Shown: piece by piece, positions 36,496-55,879 of the stretch
Numbering within the stretch: position 1 is the stretch's first letter
Layout of the letters: every line of letters begins with the position of its first letter
NCBI RefSeq assembly: GCF_009914755.1
Contig: NC_060925.1
Source of the DNA: the human T2T-CHM13v2.0 reference genome, Homo sapiens
DNA: 64,000 nt
Direction: 5' to 3' (one strand)
Position numbers and translations under genes: made by a program
The notes under the pieces: model-generated
What the model saw: the letters and a program-made list of their open reading frames with translations, nothing else
What the model was told of the DNA's origin: nothing
Databases searched by the model: none

Positions 36496-36928
36496 GATCA
36501 GAGAGAAGCTGAAACCTACTTCTCTAACACTGCAGCTACTGCAGCTGTTTGAATTGCTCCTGTGACATTCCTGCCACGTGGGGCATTTGCCAACTGCAGC
36601 AAATGTGCTCTTGCACCATCTCAAACATAAACTCCCAGAAAATCAAAGAGAAAAAGAGAAAATTTTAGCTATTTTGGCCACTGAAAATTTCCTTTCAGAC
36701 AATCTTTAATGACAAGAGGAAATTCATTAGTAATGAAGAGCAGGAGACAGACATGGAAAGAGCTGCGGGCTTAAAATCTACAGGCCTCAGTTTTGAATCT
36801 ACCTGTTGCCACTTTTCAGCTTAATTTCTAGGATCTTCAGTTTCTTCATCTCTGAAATGAGGACAATCACACTCCCTACCAGAGTGTTTGCCAGGATTAA
36901 TTACGACCATGTCTAGCTGCAGAGGTGA

Positions 36929-37210
<282 letters not shown>

Positions 37211-37380
37211 TAGTAGAGACGGGGTTTCACTGTGTTAGCCAGGATGGTCTCAATCTCCTGACCTCGTGATCTGCCTGCCTTGGCCTCCCAAAGTACTGGG
37301 ATTACAGGCGTGAGCCACCACGCCTGGCCAGAGAGCCCCCTTTCACAGGTAACACAGGTTCATGCTTGGCCCTCCAGTGA

Positions 37381-37861
<481 letters not shown>

Positions 37862-37877
37862 TGAAGAGCAAAAACAT

Positions 37878-38637
37878 ACTACACACACACACACACACAC
37901 ACACACACTACACACACACACTACACACATACAGTACACACACACCACACACACACAATACACACACTACACACACACACTACACACACAACACACACAA
38001 TACACACACACTATACACACACACAACACACACACTACATACACACTACACACACTACACACTACATACACAATACACACACTACACACACACTACACAC
38101 ACGCCCCTCATGTAACAAACAATACACACACCCCCCATGTACACACACTACACACACACTCCCCACATGTACACAAACACTACACACACACACGCCCCCC
38201 CACATGTACACACACTACATACACACAAGCACACACGCCCCCCAAATGTACACACACTACATACACACACGCACACATGCCCCCTACATGTACACACACT
38301 ACACACCCCACACCCCCACATGCCTCCAGTACACACACACACCTCCCACACACACCCCACACATACACACCCATACCCCACCCCCACACATATGCACACA
38401 TACATACACCACACACACATCATACACACACCACACACATACCCCACACACACACCACACACATACACACCCACCCCCCACACACATAGGCAGAAATACA
38501 CACACCACACACACCACACATACACACATACAGCCCACACACCCCCCCCACACACACACCCCACACACACACCACATACACACAGCCCACCCCACACACA
38601 CACAGCCCACCCCCCACACACACATATGCACACACAA
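37878..38637. repeat. About 760-bp degenerate (CA)n tract, UG-rich in the SLC2A5 pre-mRNA (intron 1)
   Basis: Direct reading. Confidence 0.97.
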
Positions 38638-39064
38638 TAGGCTTGGCTCACCTCCCATCTGATTCGCTCTGTGTATTCATTCATTCACTCGTCTATTCAG
38701 CCATTCAATCATTCAACATATTGGGCGCCCAATGTGAACAAGCATTGCTCTAAGTGTTGGGGATATAGCGGTGAACAAACAAGACAGACAAAAATCCCTC
38801 CCCTATAGCTGTTCTACTGCTTGATTTTGTTACAGACAAAGAGAGAGGGGTGGGGGTGAGGGGAAGGGAAGAAAATGTTGATTAAAAAATTCTCTTCTGG
38901 GCACGACGGCTCATGCCTATAAATCCCAGCACTTTGGGAGGTTGAGATGGGTAGACTGCTTGAGCCCAGGAGTTCTCAGCCAGCCCGGGCAACATGGTGA
39001 AACCTCGTCTCTACTAAAAATTCAAAAATTTGCTGGGCATGATGTGCACCTGTAATCCCAACTA

Positions 39065-39172
<108 letters not shown>

Positions 39173-40409
39173 TCAAAAAAAAAAAAAAAGAAAAAAGAAA
39201 AAATCCCTTCTATCTGAGTGTGATGGCAAACGCTTGAATCCCAGCACTTCGAGAAGCTAAGTAAGGTAGGAGGATCACTTGAGCCCTGGAGTTTGAGACC
39301 AGATTGGGCAACATAGGGAAATCCTGTCTCTATCAAAAAAAATTTAAAAATTAGCTGGGTGTGGTGGCACACGCCTGTGGTCCCAGCTACTCACGAGGCT
39401 GAGGTGGGAGGATCACTTGAGCCCAGGAATTCAAGGTTGCAGTGAGCTATGGTTGTATCACTGCACTCCAGCCTGGGCCACAAAATGAGACCCTGTCTCA
39501 AAAAAAAAAAAAAAAATCTTTTCCAATTCTCTTCTCAGTAAGACGAAAGTGCAACCAGCTTCATTCACACAGCCAAGTGCAGCTCTTGACCACTCCCTCA
39601 GTCTGATGAGTGCCCTAAAGTTTGAAGTCCTTTGGGGTCAGGGGTGGGGTTCTGGCCAGCAGCACAGCCAACAAGCACAGCCCAGCTGGTGGAGCTGGCT
39701 GGTTCCCAGGGCTCATGCCCCAGAGTTGGGGGTTCTGCCAGGCACCATGGAGAGCCAGCTCCCTGACCGCTTTGATGGGATCCCAGCAAAAATGATCAGA
39801 GAGACTATGGAGGAGAGATCAGAGCGACTAAATGATCAGGCTATAGAGTCTCTGAGCATAGAGCATTCAATTCACCCTCCATTCTTTCACTGCCTCCCTG
39901 AATTCAAGCCACAGGCACATTCTGTGGGCGCAGTAGAAATCATGGCTCACTCTCCTGGGAGTAGCAAAGTTATTCTAGGTGGGTTCTCGCTAACCCTGCC
40001 GGTCCAGCCAACTTCATTAAACAAATATGCATGACCAGCTAACTGGACTCCAGGAAGCACAGTACCCTCGGGTAAGCAAGACAGCTGCCCCCAGCAGACT
40101 ATTGTCAATGGTAAAGACACACATTAAGAAACTACATGAGAATGTAATAAACTGTAACTGTAGTAAGTACTAAGAAGAAAAACACAGGAGTGGTTAAAAA
40201 GAGAGGTCTGGGGAGCAACATTTCAGCTGAGGAGAGGAGGGAGAAGAGAGTGATTCAGAGAGAGGGAACAGCATGTGGGAAGGCCTGAGGCAGGCGGAGC
40301 TCAGAACCTTTGAGCATCTGGAATTTGGCCAGTGTGGCTGGAGCATGGGGAAAGGAGGGCAAACCGGGGTGAGGGCCACAGAAAAGACTGGGTGTTCACT
40401 CCATATTCA

Positions 40410-40793
<384 letters not shown>

Positions 40794-41266
40794 TTACTCC
40801 AGCTACTACGTGCAGAGCAGAAGGGAGACCAGGTTACTGCAGAGGCCAACAGACAGCAGATGGGCACTTGGGTAATGGAACGGGCCACGGTAGGGGTTAA
40901 AAGTACCAGCTTTGAGGACTACTGAGGATGCAAATTAAAAAGACTTGCTATCCCATGAGGCAAATGCAAATAAAAATCAGCATGAGACACCACTTCTCAC
41001 CCTGTGAGTTCGACTTAGAGAGTTCAACTTTTTCAGATTCCACATGTGAGATCATGCAGTGTTTGTCTTCCCGTGCCTGGCTTATTTCACTTTGGTGATA
41101 AATTGTATACTTTTATATATTAATATGTACTTTGTGTGTGTGTGTGTAGAGACAGAGTCTCACTTTGTTGCCCAGGCTGGTCTCAATCCTCCTGCCTCAG
41201 CCTCCCAAAGTGCTGGTATTACAGGTGTGAGCTGCCATGCCCAGCCTGTATACTTTATTTATTTAA

Positions 41267-41527
<261 letters not shown>

Positions 41528-41552
41528 TAGAGTGCTGGGATTACAGGTGTGA

Positions 41553-41881
<329 letters not shown>

Positions 41882-42419
41882 TATTTACATTTTTTATAGA
41901 GACAGGGTCTTGCTATGTTGCCCAAGCTAGTCTTGAACTCCTGGTCTCAAGCAATCCTCTCGCCTCAGCCTCCCAAAGTGTTGGTTTTATAAGTGTGAGC
42001 CACAGTGCCAGCCTGGGCCTGTGTACTTTAGAGGGGTGAAATTGTATGGTATTGAGATATATTCTCAATAAAGATGCAGTACTACATTTTAAAAGGCACA
42101 TAGTAGAAAGAAGGCTTAAGCCCTCTTTCTTTCTTTTTTTGCTTTCCAGGAGGGAGAACAAAAAGAATTTGGTACTGGGCTGGATTAGGGCATAAGGAAA
42201 AGGGAGGGGCTGAAGAGGATGTGCGGGTCTCTGGCCAGCTTGTTAAAATGAGAAGCCCCAGTGACCCCCAGCCGTGACCGGGAGGGTCTCTCCTTAGAGG
42301 CTAAGGAGGTTGCCAAGACGCTGAGCTGTGCTTCAGGGAAAACCAGAAACCACATTCCTCATGCTGTCAGTAAACCAGCTTCCTCCCTTTCATAATACAG
42401 AGAACATTTTGAGACTTTA

Positions 42420-43188
<769 letters not shown>

Positions 43189-43407
43189 ATCCTCAAGGCT
43201 GACCTTCTGACAGGGTACGATTCAAGGTCACTGGGAAGGAAGCCCAAACCATCTCCCTTAGAAATCCATCCTGAAGTTTCTGTTGTCAGAGAGACATTCT
43301 CTCAGTTCAAAGCTTTTCCTTGTTAGGAATCTGCAGTCAGAATGCAAACACCCCGGAGTAGTTAGCGCTCATGGAGGATCAGTACTTCAAGCTATGTCAC
43401 TTTATCA

Positions 43408-43929
<522 letters not shown>

Positions 43930-44135
43930 TTACAAATGTGTTAATTAATCCATTAATTACAAATGAATATCAGTGAGGACCCGGAGAGCACAGAGGGGTG
44001 TCAGTTGCTCTAGGATACTCAACTAGTTGCTGGTGGAGCCACTCCACAAAAATGTGTCTTTATTTTCCAAAGCACTTCGGCATCTTTTTATTGAGGTGGG
44101 GAACTTTATTCAACAATCCTTTGTTTTTTTTTTGA

Positions 44136-44285
<150 letters not shown>

Positions 44286-45561
44286 TAATTTTTGTACACT
44301 TTGTAGAGACCAAGTTTCGCCATGTTGCCCAGGCTGGTCCCAAACTTGTGGGCTCAAGCAATCCGCTTGCCTCGGCCTCCCAAACTGATGGGATTATAGG
44401 CCAGAGCCACTGCACCTGGCCCTCAATTCTTATGTAGTTGTAAAATACCTTGTTGTACCTTTTTCTTTTCCTAATCCATTTTATTTTTTTTTCTTTCAGA
44501 CCAACAGTCTTTTCTTCCTGGCAGAAAGTCCTTGGTGCACATCTGATAGATGTCAGTGTTTGCCCTCTACATAGGAGAAAAGCAGGGCTGAGTGCAGTGG
44601 CTCAGGCCTACAATCCAAGCACTTTGGGAGGCTGAGGCAGAAGGCACACTTGAGCCCAGTAGCCCAAGACCAGCCTGGGTATAGTGAGACCCCGTCTCTT
44701 CAAAATATTTAAAAATTAGCCAAGGGTGGTGCTACATGCCTGTAGTCCCAGCTACTCGGGAGGCTGAGGTGGGAGGATTGCTGGAGCCCCGGACTTCAAG
44801 GCCGCGGTGAGCTATGATCCCACCATTGCACTCTGGCCTGGCCAACAGAGTAAGACCCTGTCTCAAAATTAAAAAAAAAAAAAAAGGAAAAAGAAAGAAA
44901 AAGAAGAGAAAAGGCCAGTGAGGCCACTGCCACACAACCACTGAGGGGCAGGCAGCTGGCTCCATACTGCCAGACGCCCTCCTCCCAGGACCGCGCAGCC
45001 TCTGTAGCCTTCGCCTGCCCCCGCATTTCTCCTTGGCTCCTACATCCCCTCTCGGCTGCACTTAATGATTTCCCGGATTCTTACAGACCATTGGGATCGC
45101 TTCCTTCAGAGTGTTTTGGGAAGCCCAGCACGCCCCAGCTTTCTCCCCAAGGGGCAGGCTGCTCTCAGGAGCGGGAAGCCCATCCCCACCTTCATCCCTC
45201 TGGCCCAGAGGAGGCTTCCTTCCCTGGAGGGCTGAGGCAGCAGGCAGCTGGGTCAGCCCATGCCTCTCGCATGTGGCCATCTGAAACATTTCCTTTCGCA
45301 ATGTGTTACTCAGTTTCAGGGCCTGCCACGTGGGGGTGTTTCCATTCCTTTCTGCAGCTGGACTTGGTGGACGTGGGGAACGTGGCAGTTGTGCCTTTCT
45401 CTGGACAGCGGAGGACCTCCCTGGACCCCAAACACCTAAGTCCTCATCACCTCCGTTTCTTTTCTATAAAATGGAGGTGATGACACTTGATTTGTCTAAC
45501 ACTTTCTTAGTTGTAAGACAAACAAGATGACCCAAGCGAAGGGGCTGAGTAGACTCCAAAG

Positions 45562-45760
45562 CAGTGCCTCTCAGTTGAGGGCTGGGAGTGGATTCTGCCC
45601 TCTCGGGGACATCGGTTGTCACTCCTGGGGGAGGGAGCTACTGCGTCTAGAAGGTAGAGCCAGGGACGCGGCTAAACATCTTATAACACACAAGACAGCC
45701 CCTACAACGAAGCGTTAGCCAGTGCCAAATGGAAATCACGCGGAGGTGGAGAAACCAGCC
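45562..45760. mobile_element. MER20 DNA transposon, opposite orientation
   Basis: ggttgtcactcctggggg...gctactgcgtctag...gctaaacatcttataacacacaagacagcccc. Confidence 0.65.
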
Positions 45761-45790
45761 TAAAGAATGATTGAAAAGTAGTAACATTTA

Positions 45791-46141
<351 letters not shown>

Positions 46142-46359
46142 TCACTCTGTGCCAGGTACTTTACATGCATTATCTCATTTAATTGCTCCAGCACCCTATG
46201 AGGCGGTATGGTTATTACTCCCATTTTACAAATGAGAAAACTGAGGCACTGAAGAGTTAAAGAACTTACCCAAGTCCCACAGCTAGAATAGGATGGAGCA
46301 GGAATGAATCCTGGGGGCTGCTACTTCCCAGGCCCACTCTTTTTTTTTTTTTTTTTTGA

Positions 46360-46464
<105 letters not shown>

Positions 46465-47392
46465 TGAGTAGCTGGGATTACAGGCACCTGCCACCACGCC
46501 TGGCTAATTTTTGTATTTTTAGTAGAGATGGGGTTTCACCATGTTGGCCAGGCTGGTCTCGAACTGCTGACCTCAGGTGATCCACCCACCTCAGCCTCCC
46601 AAGACCCACTCTTAATCTATGTGCTACAGAGCATGTTTCCAGTCTGCCTATGGTGAGGGTCTCACATCCATGCCTGAACAAATGCTGTTTTGCAAAAATG
46701 TGCACTATCCTTCCTCCACTCCAAATATAAGCAGATGCTATTGTGATGAATAAATGCAAATTCTTATAAAGTGTTAATAAGTCAGTGTTACTTTTCTGAC
46801 ATTATGCATTTTCCTCAATCAAGGGAATCTAGAAAGTAAACTGCAATTACGTTGCAGGAGTCCATGAAAATCTTTCCTCTCTAAAACAAGGGAGCCTCAG
46901 GATCTAAAAGGCAGGAAACCTACGTGACAGATCTGAACTAAATTCAAATCAAGCAACGCCTTTTCTGAGTTTATCTTGCTTTCATGCAGCTCAGCTATGT
47001 TACTTGCTGAAAAAATTAACTGCCCTGAAGCCAAAAGCAAAACGAAAGCAGAGCGAAACATCTCACCAACCATAGAAGGATTTTGCAGCTAACATGTTTG
47101 GTTCAAGTTGGGACAAATGAATCCTTTGGGTCTCTTCCATTCAGTTACAGATCCTGCTGTTAAAGGCTGTTCCAGTAGAATGATTTCCACAGAGCACTTG
47201 TCTCTAAACCTCTCTCCTCCCTATAAAAGACCACCTGCTGGACAAGACTTTCCCCCTCTCCCCACCATAATCCCTCCCAACACAGAGTTCCCTCTGCAAC
47301 ACCAGGAGCCCCCCAGCGACTCTCCAGGAAGGCTGCACAGGCCCTGGCAGCCAAGCCTGCTCTTGGCCCCTTTCCCTGAGCAACACACTCAC

Positions 47393-47425
47393 CCCTTCCT
47401 TCATGCTCTGATCCTGTTGCTCCAT
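47393..47425 (-). CDS. SLC2A5: SLC2A5 (GLUT5) coding exon 1 (33 nt)
   Basis: MEQQDQSMKEG followed by GGG|gtgagt; the human GLUT5 N-terminus. Confidence 0.97.
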
Positions 47426-47545
47426 GCTTGCTCTGGAAGGGCAGAGTGCCGCTCACCTCCTTTTAGCCAAAGTAACGCGTGCACTGAATGGAGAGAGAAG
47501 ACATTCTGGGTGCACTTTGGCCATGCCAAATAACAGCCAATAGCA

Positions 47546-47553
47546 TTTTTATA
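47546..47553 (-). promoter_or_regulatory. SLC2A5: TATA box of the SLC2A5 proximal promoter
   Basis: TATAAAAA on the minus strand about 125 nt upstream of the ATG, implying a TSS near 47520. Confidence 0.7.
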
Positions 47554-47805
47554 GCCAGATTAAGTCAGAATAACCCTTTCAGGAACCTGGTCTTCCTTTC
47601 ACTTCTGCTTTTAAATGAAACGTCTGGGGTTTGGCTAAGTAAGTGGGTGCCCCCTGGGGACTGCAGGCCCAGCATTGTCCTGATGGAACAGTCTACGGTA
47701 TTTCCCCATTGCTAAAGTCTCTACCAGTCAGGCTCATGGTGAATGACTGGAAGGGTTATTTCTGTCAGGAACGCGTGGCAAACAACAGCTGTCCTCCACC
47801 CTACA

Positions 47806-47821
47806 TGACACCAGGTAATCT
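47806..47821 (-). promoter_or_regulatory. DR4-like nuclear receptor element (TR/LXR:RXR type)
   Basis: AGATTA-cctg-GTGTCA on the minus strand about 385 nt upstream of the ATG. Half-sites are degenerate. GLUT5 is known to respond to thyroid hormone and LXR; assigning that to this site is inference. Confidence 0.4.
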
Positions 47822-49079
47822 GAGGGCAACAGATTGGGCCACTAGAGACCTCAAAGATGCTCTCCCTGCCAGGAAAACTACAGTCAAGTGTCTCTTGGTG
47901 GAGAGTCAGTTTTGCCCAAGTCACCGTGTAATACTGTTTGGGGAAAGTTTCTCATTTTCTGTTTTTTTTTTTTTTTTTTTTTTTTTTTGAGACGGAGTTT
48001 CGCTCTTGTCCCAGGCTGGAGTGCAGTGGCATGATCTCAGCTCACTACAACCTCCGCCTCCCGAGTTCAAGCGATTCTCCTGCTTCCACCTCCTGAGTAG
48101 CTGGGATTACAGGCGTGCACTACCACGCTCGGCTAATTTTTATATTTTTAGTAGACACGGGGTTTTGCCATGTTGGCCAGGCTGGTCTCGAACTCCTGAC
48201 CTCAAGTGATCCACCCTCCTTGGCCTCCCAAAGTGCTGGGATTACAGGCGTGAGCCATCGTGTCCGGCCTCTTATTTTCCATTTTAAGGAGCTCAGAATG
48301 ACCTAGGGATGTTACTTTCTGTGTATTCATCACTACTGGGAAGGTGGTAAATACCTCGAACCCCTTTCCAGGCAGGGCAGGGAAAATGAGTCACACCTGC
48401 TGGTCCGGGTCCGGCCATCTCAAGGCCAGGCCACTGTCAGCCCCCCATGTTTGGCACTCATTCAGCTGCCACAGGGCACACCAGCGCAAGTGGCCAAAAT
48501 CCAAAGTCTCACAAGTCCCACAGGTTTTCATCTTTACAGAACATACTCCCAGTTCTATTTGCTGTGGCGTAAATCCAGTTACTTTAGTGATTGATTCTGA
48601 ATCTCATGCATCTTTAAACAAGCAGAGACTGGGAGCCTGTGTTAGGCACTGTTCCTTGCATTAGCAGCAAATCCCCAGGGTTGCTCAGGGTGGGAGACTG
48701 TGAGAAGCCTAGCAGCGTGGCCGTCTGTGTGTGTGTGTGTGTTGGGGGGTCGGGGGGGTCCCTATTCACAAGGGAGAACTCAGCATTCCCTTTCACCAGC
48801 TACTGCCTGTCTTTTTCTTCTGCGTATCACTGTCCTAGCACACTGACTTGTGACTAACGCATAGCAAGACCAGAGGTTTCCAATTATTTCAAAGATCTAG
48901 AAAAAGTTTCCAAAGAAAATGCACTTTAATTGCAGGGGTAGGGTGGGGAGAGGAAATCAACGATGGGGGAGTGAGGAGACGGGTACAGGTGTGCAATCCA
49001 ACACAAAGAAGAATCCGGCCGGGCGCGGTGGCTCACGCCTGTAATCCCAGCACCTGGGGAAGCCAAGGTGGGTGGATCA

Positions 49080-50110
<1,031 letters not shown>

Positions 50111-50547
50111 AGAAGCCTAGTGGCTCAAAGATGGAGGAGGGGGATGGCAGCGGTGAGGTGGGACTGGGGGGAGGGGAGTGGTCCTGGCAAACCTGAGGCA
50201 AGAGGATCGCTTGAGCCCAGGAATTCGATCATGCCACTGCACTCCAGCCTAGGTGACAGAGCAAGACCCTGTCCCTAGAAATAAAAAAAAATTAAAAATT
50301 AAAGTTCCATCTGGATGTCCAGAGGTGAACTGATGAGGGGACAAGAGACCACTGGATTTGGGAGTGGGGAGAAGGAGCAGTGGAAGGTCTTTGCCGTAGC
50401 CCAGGTGAAAGAACAATGTGACTTGGACCAGCATGGGGATGGAGAAGACAGAAGTAGATACACTTGAGGGATATTTAGGATGGAAAATTGACAATCACTT
50501 GGTGATAGGATGGGGGAGAGGAAATAGGAGCGTTTCTGTTACTGTTA

Positions 50548-50895
<348 letters not shown>

Positions 50896-51863
50896 TCAGA
50901 ATGAAAAGCAAATGTTTTATATAAGAAAAATTTAACCAGGGCAAAATATTGGGTTAACACCATACCACAAAGCAAGCTGGCACATCTCCGGGCTGTTCTG
51001 TGACCAGACAATGATACCAGGACTTCAGTCACTACTGGCCTCACCTCTGCTAGGAATGTTCTAGAATTTTAAAGTTTTGCCACGGGCCTCTTTTGTACAG
51101 GCTGCTAATGGCTTCTCCTCCCCATCCATAAATCCATTTGGTCAGTGCCTCTTCTGTAGTAATAGAATTGGGAACAAGACCTGCGGCTGCCCAAAATAAA
51201 GACATTTCCCCATTGCTCTTGCAGTCAGTACAGACATAAAGTTCCGCTTAATGCAGTGTATGCAAGATGCCATATGGCAGGCAGCTTCCAGAAACTTTGC
51301 TCTCTTAGCTTTGCCTATTTCTCCATCCTGCTTCCTGGAATGTAGATGCCACCAGCTTGGGCCTTGAGATTGAAGCCCCACAGGACAGAGCACCAAGCTA
51401 GGAGGAGCTGGGGCCCCTTACCCTGTGGAGCACCATCCCAGCTCCCCACCACCAACTTGACTTAGTAGGGAAGAAAAATACTTCATTTTGTTTTCTGTCA
51501 CTTGCAGCTGAAACCGTTTCTCACTGGTAAAACTATTAAATGGATGCCTGAAAATCTGTTAGGACAGAAAACAGGAAGATATTCTACCAAAGCCCCTGGT
51601 GGTGCAAATGGTGGAGTCTCTTCTGCCTCACTCAGTACATGCTTCTGTACTGTGAGTTAGTTAGTTCATTTGCAGATGGTAAACAAGAGAATGCTGGCCG
51701 GGCGCGGTGGCTCATGCCTGTAATCCCAGCACTTTGGGAGGCCAAGGCAGGCGGATTACAGGAATTCAAGACCAGACTGGCCAACATGGTGAAACCCGGT
51801 CTCTATTAAAAATACAAGAATTAGCCAGGCTTGGTGGCGGGAGCCCGTAACCCCAGCTACTCA

Positions 51864-51995
<132 letters not shown>

Positions 51996-52114
51996 TCAGT
52001 AGAATGCAGAAATTGTGTTTGTGTTCTTAGCAGCATGTTCATATAATAGTTTGAGGTGGTGGTGGAGCGGAGGGGGGCAAGCATTCTCTCAATGAAAGAG
52101 CAAGGCTTAGCAAC

Positions 52115-52571
52115 TGTAAACCAAAAAGTATCTGAGACAGGTCTCAATCAATTTAGAAGTCTATTTTGCCAAGGTTAAGGACATGCCCAGAAGAAAAAAG
52201 CAGAATCTCAGAAACAGTCTGTGGTCTGTGCCTTTCTCCAAAGATGATTTTGAGGGCGTCAATATTTAAAGAAAAGCTGGCTGGAGGGGAAAGAGGGAGA
52301 GTATGGTAACCTACATGTTACAAGAGAAAAGGTACAAGTAGAGGAATCAGCAATTACATGTCTGTCTCTTGCTCAGTAAATCAGCACTTTACATAAAGTG
52401 AGGTGAACACAGAGTAGCTACTTGTGGGGATACTTAACCTTTTATCTGTCGCTGTCTGCTTAGGAACATAAGGAAAGACAGCTCCTTGCATGACTCAGCT
52501 TTCAGCTTAATTTTGTTTTTCCTTTTTGGCAGAGTGAATTGGGGTCCTGAGTTTTTTATTTTCCTTTCACA
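52115..52571 (-). mobile_element. MER4-family LTR
   Basis: Reverse strand starts TGTGAAAGGAAAATAAAAAACTCAGGACCCCAATTCAC; other end is tgtaaaccaaaaagtatctgagacagg. Confidence 0.65.
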
Positions 52572-52954
52572 CAACATATGAAGACCTTAAAGAGAAAACG
52601 CTGAAAATTCTGCAGGGCTCTGGGCTGGTTTTGTGATTTCAAGAAGCGCTTTCTCCTGTAATCCCAGCATTTTGGGAGGCTGAGGCAGGAGGATCGCTTG
52701 AGCCCAGGAGTTTGAGACCAGCCTGGGCAACACAGTGAGACCTTATCTCTACAAATAATCAAAAATTATCCGGGTGTGGTGGTGTGCACCTGTAGTCCCA
52801 GCTACTTGAGAGGCTGAGGCAGAAGAATTGCTTGAGCCAGGAACTTCAGGCTGCAGTGAGCTGTGACTGAGCCACAGAACTCGGCTTGAGCAACAGAGTG
52901 AGATCCCATCTCAAAAAACAAAACAAAAAAAAAAGAAGTGCTTTCCAAGCTTTC

Positions 52955-53449
52955 TGTGGAGTCCTAATTAGGGAAAAGGAGTCAGGTTGGCAGCACCAGG
53001 GGAAAGCAAAAGAGAAAGCAAATAAGCTATAAATCTGCCTCTCTTCATGGTCCACAACAGATAAACAAAGAGGAAGCAGATGAGTTATAGGTCTGTCTGT
53101 GTTTATGTCCCAGGAAGTGTAGCCCTCCTGAGCAAATAACACACATAACTCACAGACTTCCCGTTTCACATCAAACACCTCAATTTATCAAACATCCCGG
53201 TTGACAGAAGAAGGCAGGTTAGCTCCTGCAGCCGTGGGGTAATCCAACATCCCAAGAGCCATCCTATAAAATCTCCAGCAAGCCTGTTTCCTTGCAGTCC
53301 GCTCCTCTTCTGCTGATACCGCCCGTTGCCTCCTTGCAACATATTTTCCTACTTTCTCTAATAAATCTATCTTTCTCTACCTACAACTGTCTTGGTAAAT
53401 TCTTTTACTCCCGTGCCACTGGCCCAGACAGTTGTCACTCCCCTGTGAC
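52955..53449 (+). mobile_element. ERV1-class solo LTR, subfamily uncertain
   Basis: TGTGGAGTCCTAATTAGGGAAAAGGAGTCAGG start, cctataaaa TATA element and AATAAA near 53360. Confidence 0.6.
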
Positions 53450-53570
53450 CCTTTCAATAATCTTAAACTAAATGGTGGAGTTAGCAGGACAGTTGAAGAT
53501 ATTTTCATATGTAATTTGTTTGTTTTAATTGATTATAGCCTGCATTGGATTTTCAATTTTTTTTTTTTGA

Positions 53571-53783
<213 letters not shown>

Positions 53784-53786
53784 TGA

Positions 53787-54161
<375 letters not shown>

Positions 54162-54604
54162 TGATGAAACAGCTCTACTAGGAGTGAAAGGCCCAAAGAC
54201 CCTAATCTGAGAAGAGAAAGCAGAAGTTCCCCCAGGCGGTGGAGATCTGCCCTAGCTGCTGTGCTTATCAAGACTGCATTTATACTTGTTTGTGTTCAGA
54301 TTGTAAAACCGCATAGGATTCAAGTGGTCCTTGCCAGTCATTTCTCCCCTTAAGCCCTGTTATTTTGATGTGCCACTTGGCAGAATGTCATGTTCTTTAG
54401 GAACAGGTATATCACATGATAGCAGAAATGCCTATATGTGCCTTTGATGCACAAAACGGGGTTGCTATCAAGGTGGTGTCTATATTTGGCTTGCTTGATT
54501 GATGGGGAGAGGAAATGGCTCTTGGCCACACCCATTTATTAATCTAAAGGAAAAAACTGAGGTGAAATCCATACAAGTAGAGAGTTTATTTGGGCCAAGT
54601 TTGA

Positions 54605-54916
<312 letters not shown>

Positions 54917-54982
54917 TGATCCGCTCGCCTCAGCCTCCCAAAGTGCTGGGATTATAGGCATGAGTCACCATGCCAAGCCTTA

Positions 54983-55496
<514 letters not shown>

Positions 55497-55630
55497 TTAG
55501 CTGGGCTTGGTGGCAGGCACCTGTAATTCCAGCTACTCGGGAGGCTGAGGCAGGAGAATCATTTGAACCTGGTTGCAGTGAGCCGAGATCATTCCATTGC
55601 ACTCCAGCCTGGGCAACAAGGGTGAAACAG

Positions 55631-55870
55631 GGAGAGAGGGAGGGAGGGAGAGAGGGAGGGAGGGAGGGAGGGAGAGAGGGAGGGAGGGAGGGAGGGAGGG
55701 AGGGAGGGAGGGAGAGAGGGAGGGAGGGAGAGAGGGAGGGAGGGAGAGAGGGAGGGAGGGAGGGAGGGAGAGAGGGAGGGAGGGAGAGAGGGAGGGAGGG
55801 AGAGAGGGAGGGAGGGAGGGAAAGAAGGGGAAGAAGGAAGGAAGGAAGGAAGGACAGGAGGGAGGGAGGG
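55631..55870. repeat. (GGGA)n/(GGAA)n polypurine tract at an Alu 3' end
   Basis: Direct reading. Confidence 0.95.
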
Positions 55871-55879
55871 GCAATGGGA

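Noticed and set aside
38137-38684. His/Thr- and Cys/Val-rich ORFs (also 19990-20455)
   Set aside because: Artefacts of (CA)n/(TG)n repeats.
38720-38733. 14-bp palindrome ATTGGGCGCCCAAT
   Set aside because: Single short palindrome in an L2-like fragment; plausible by chance in 64 kb, with no supporting context.
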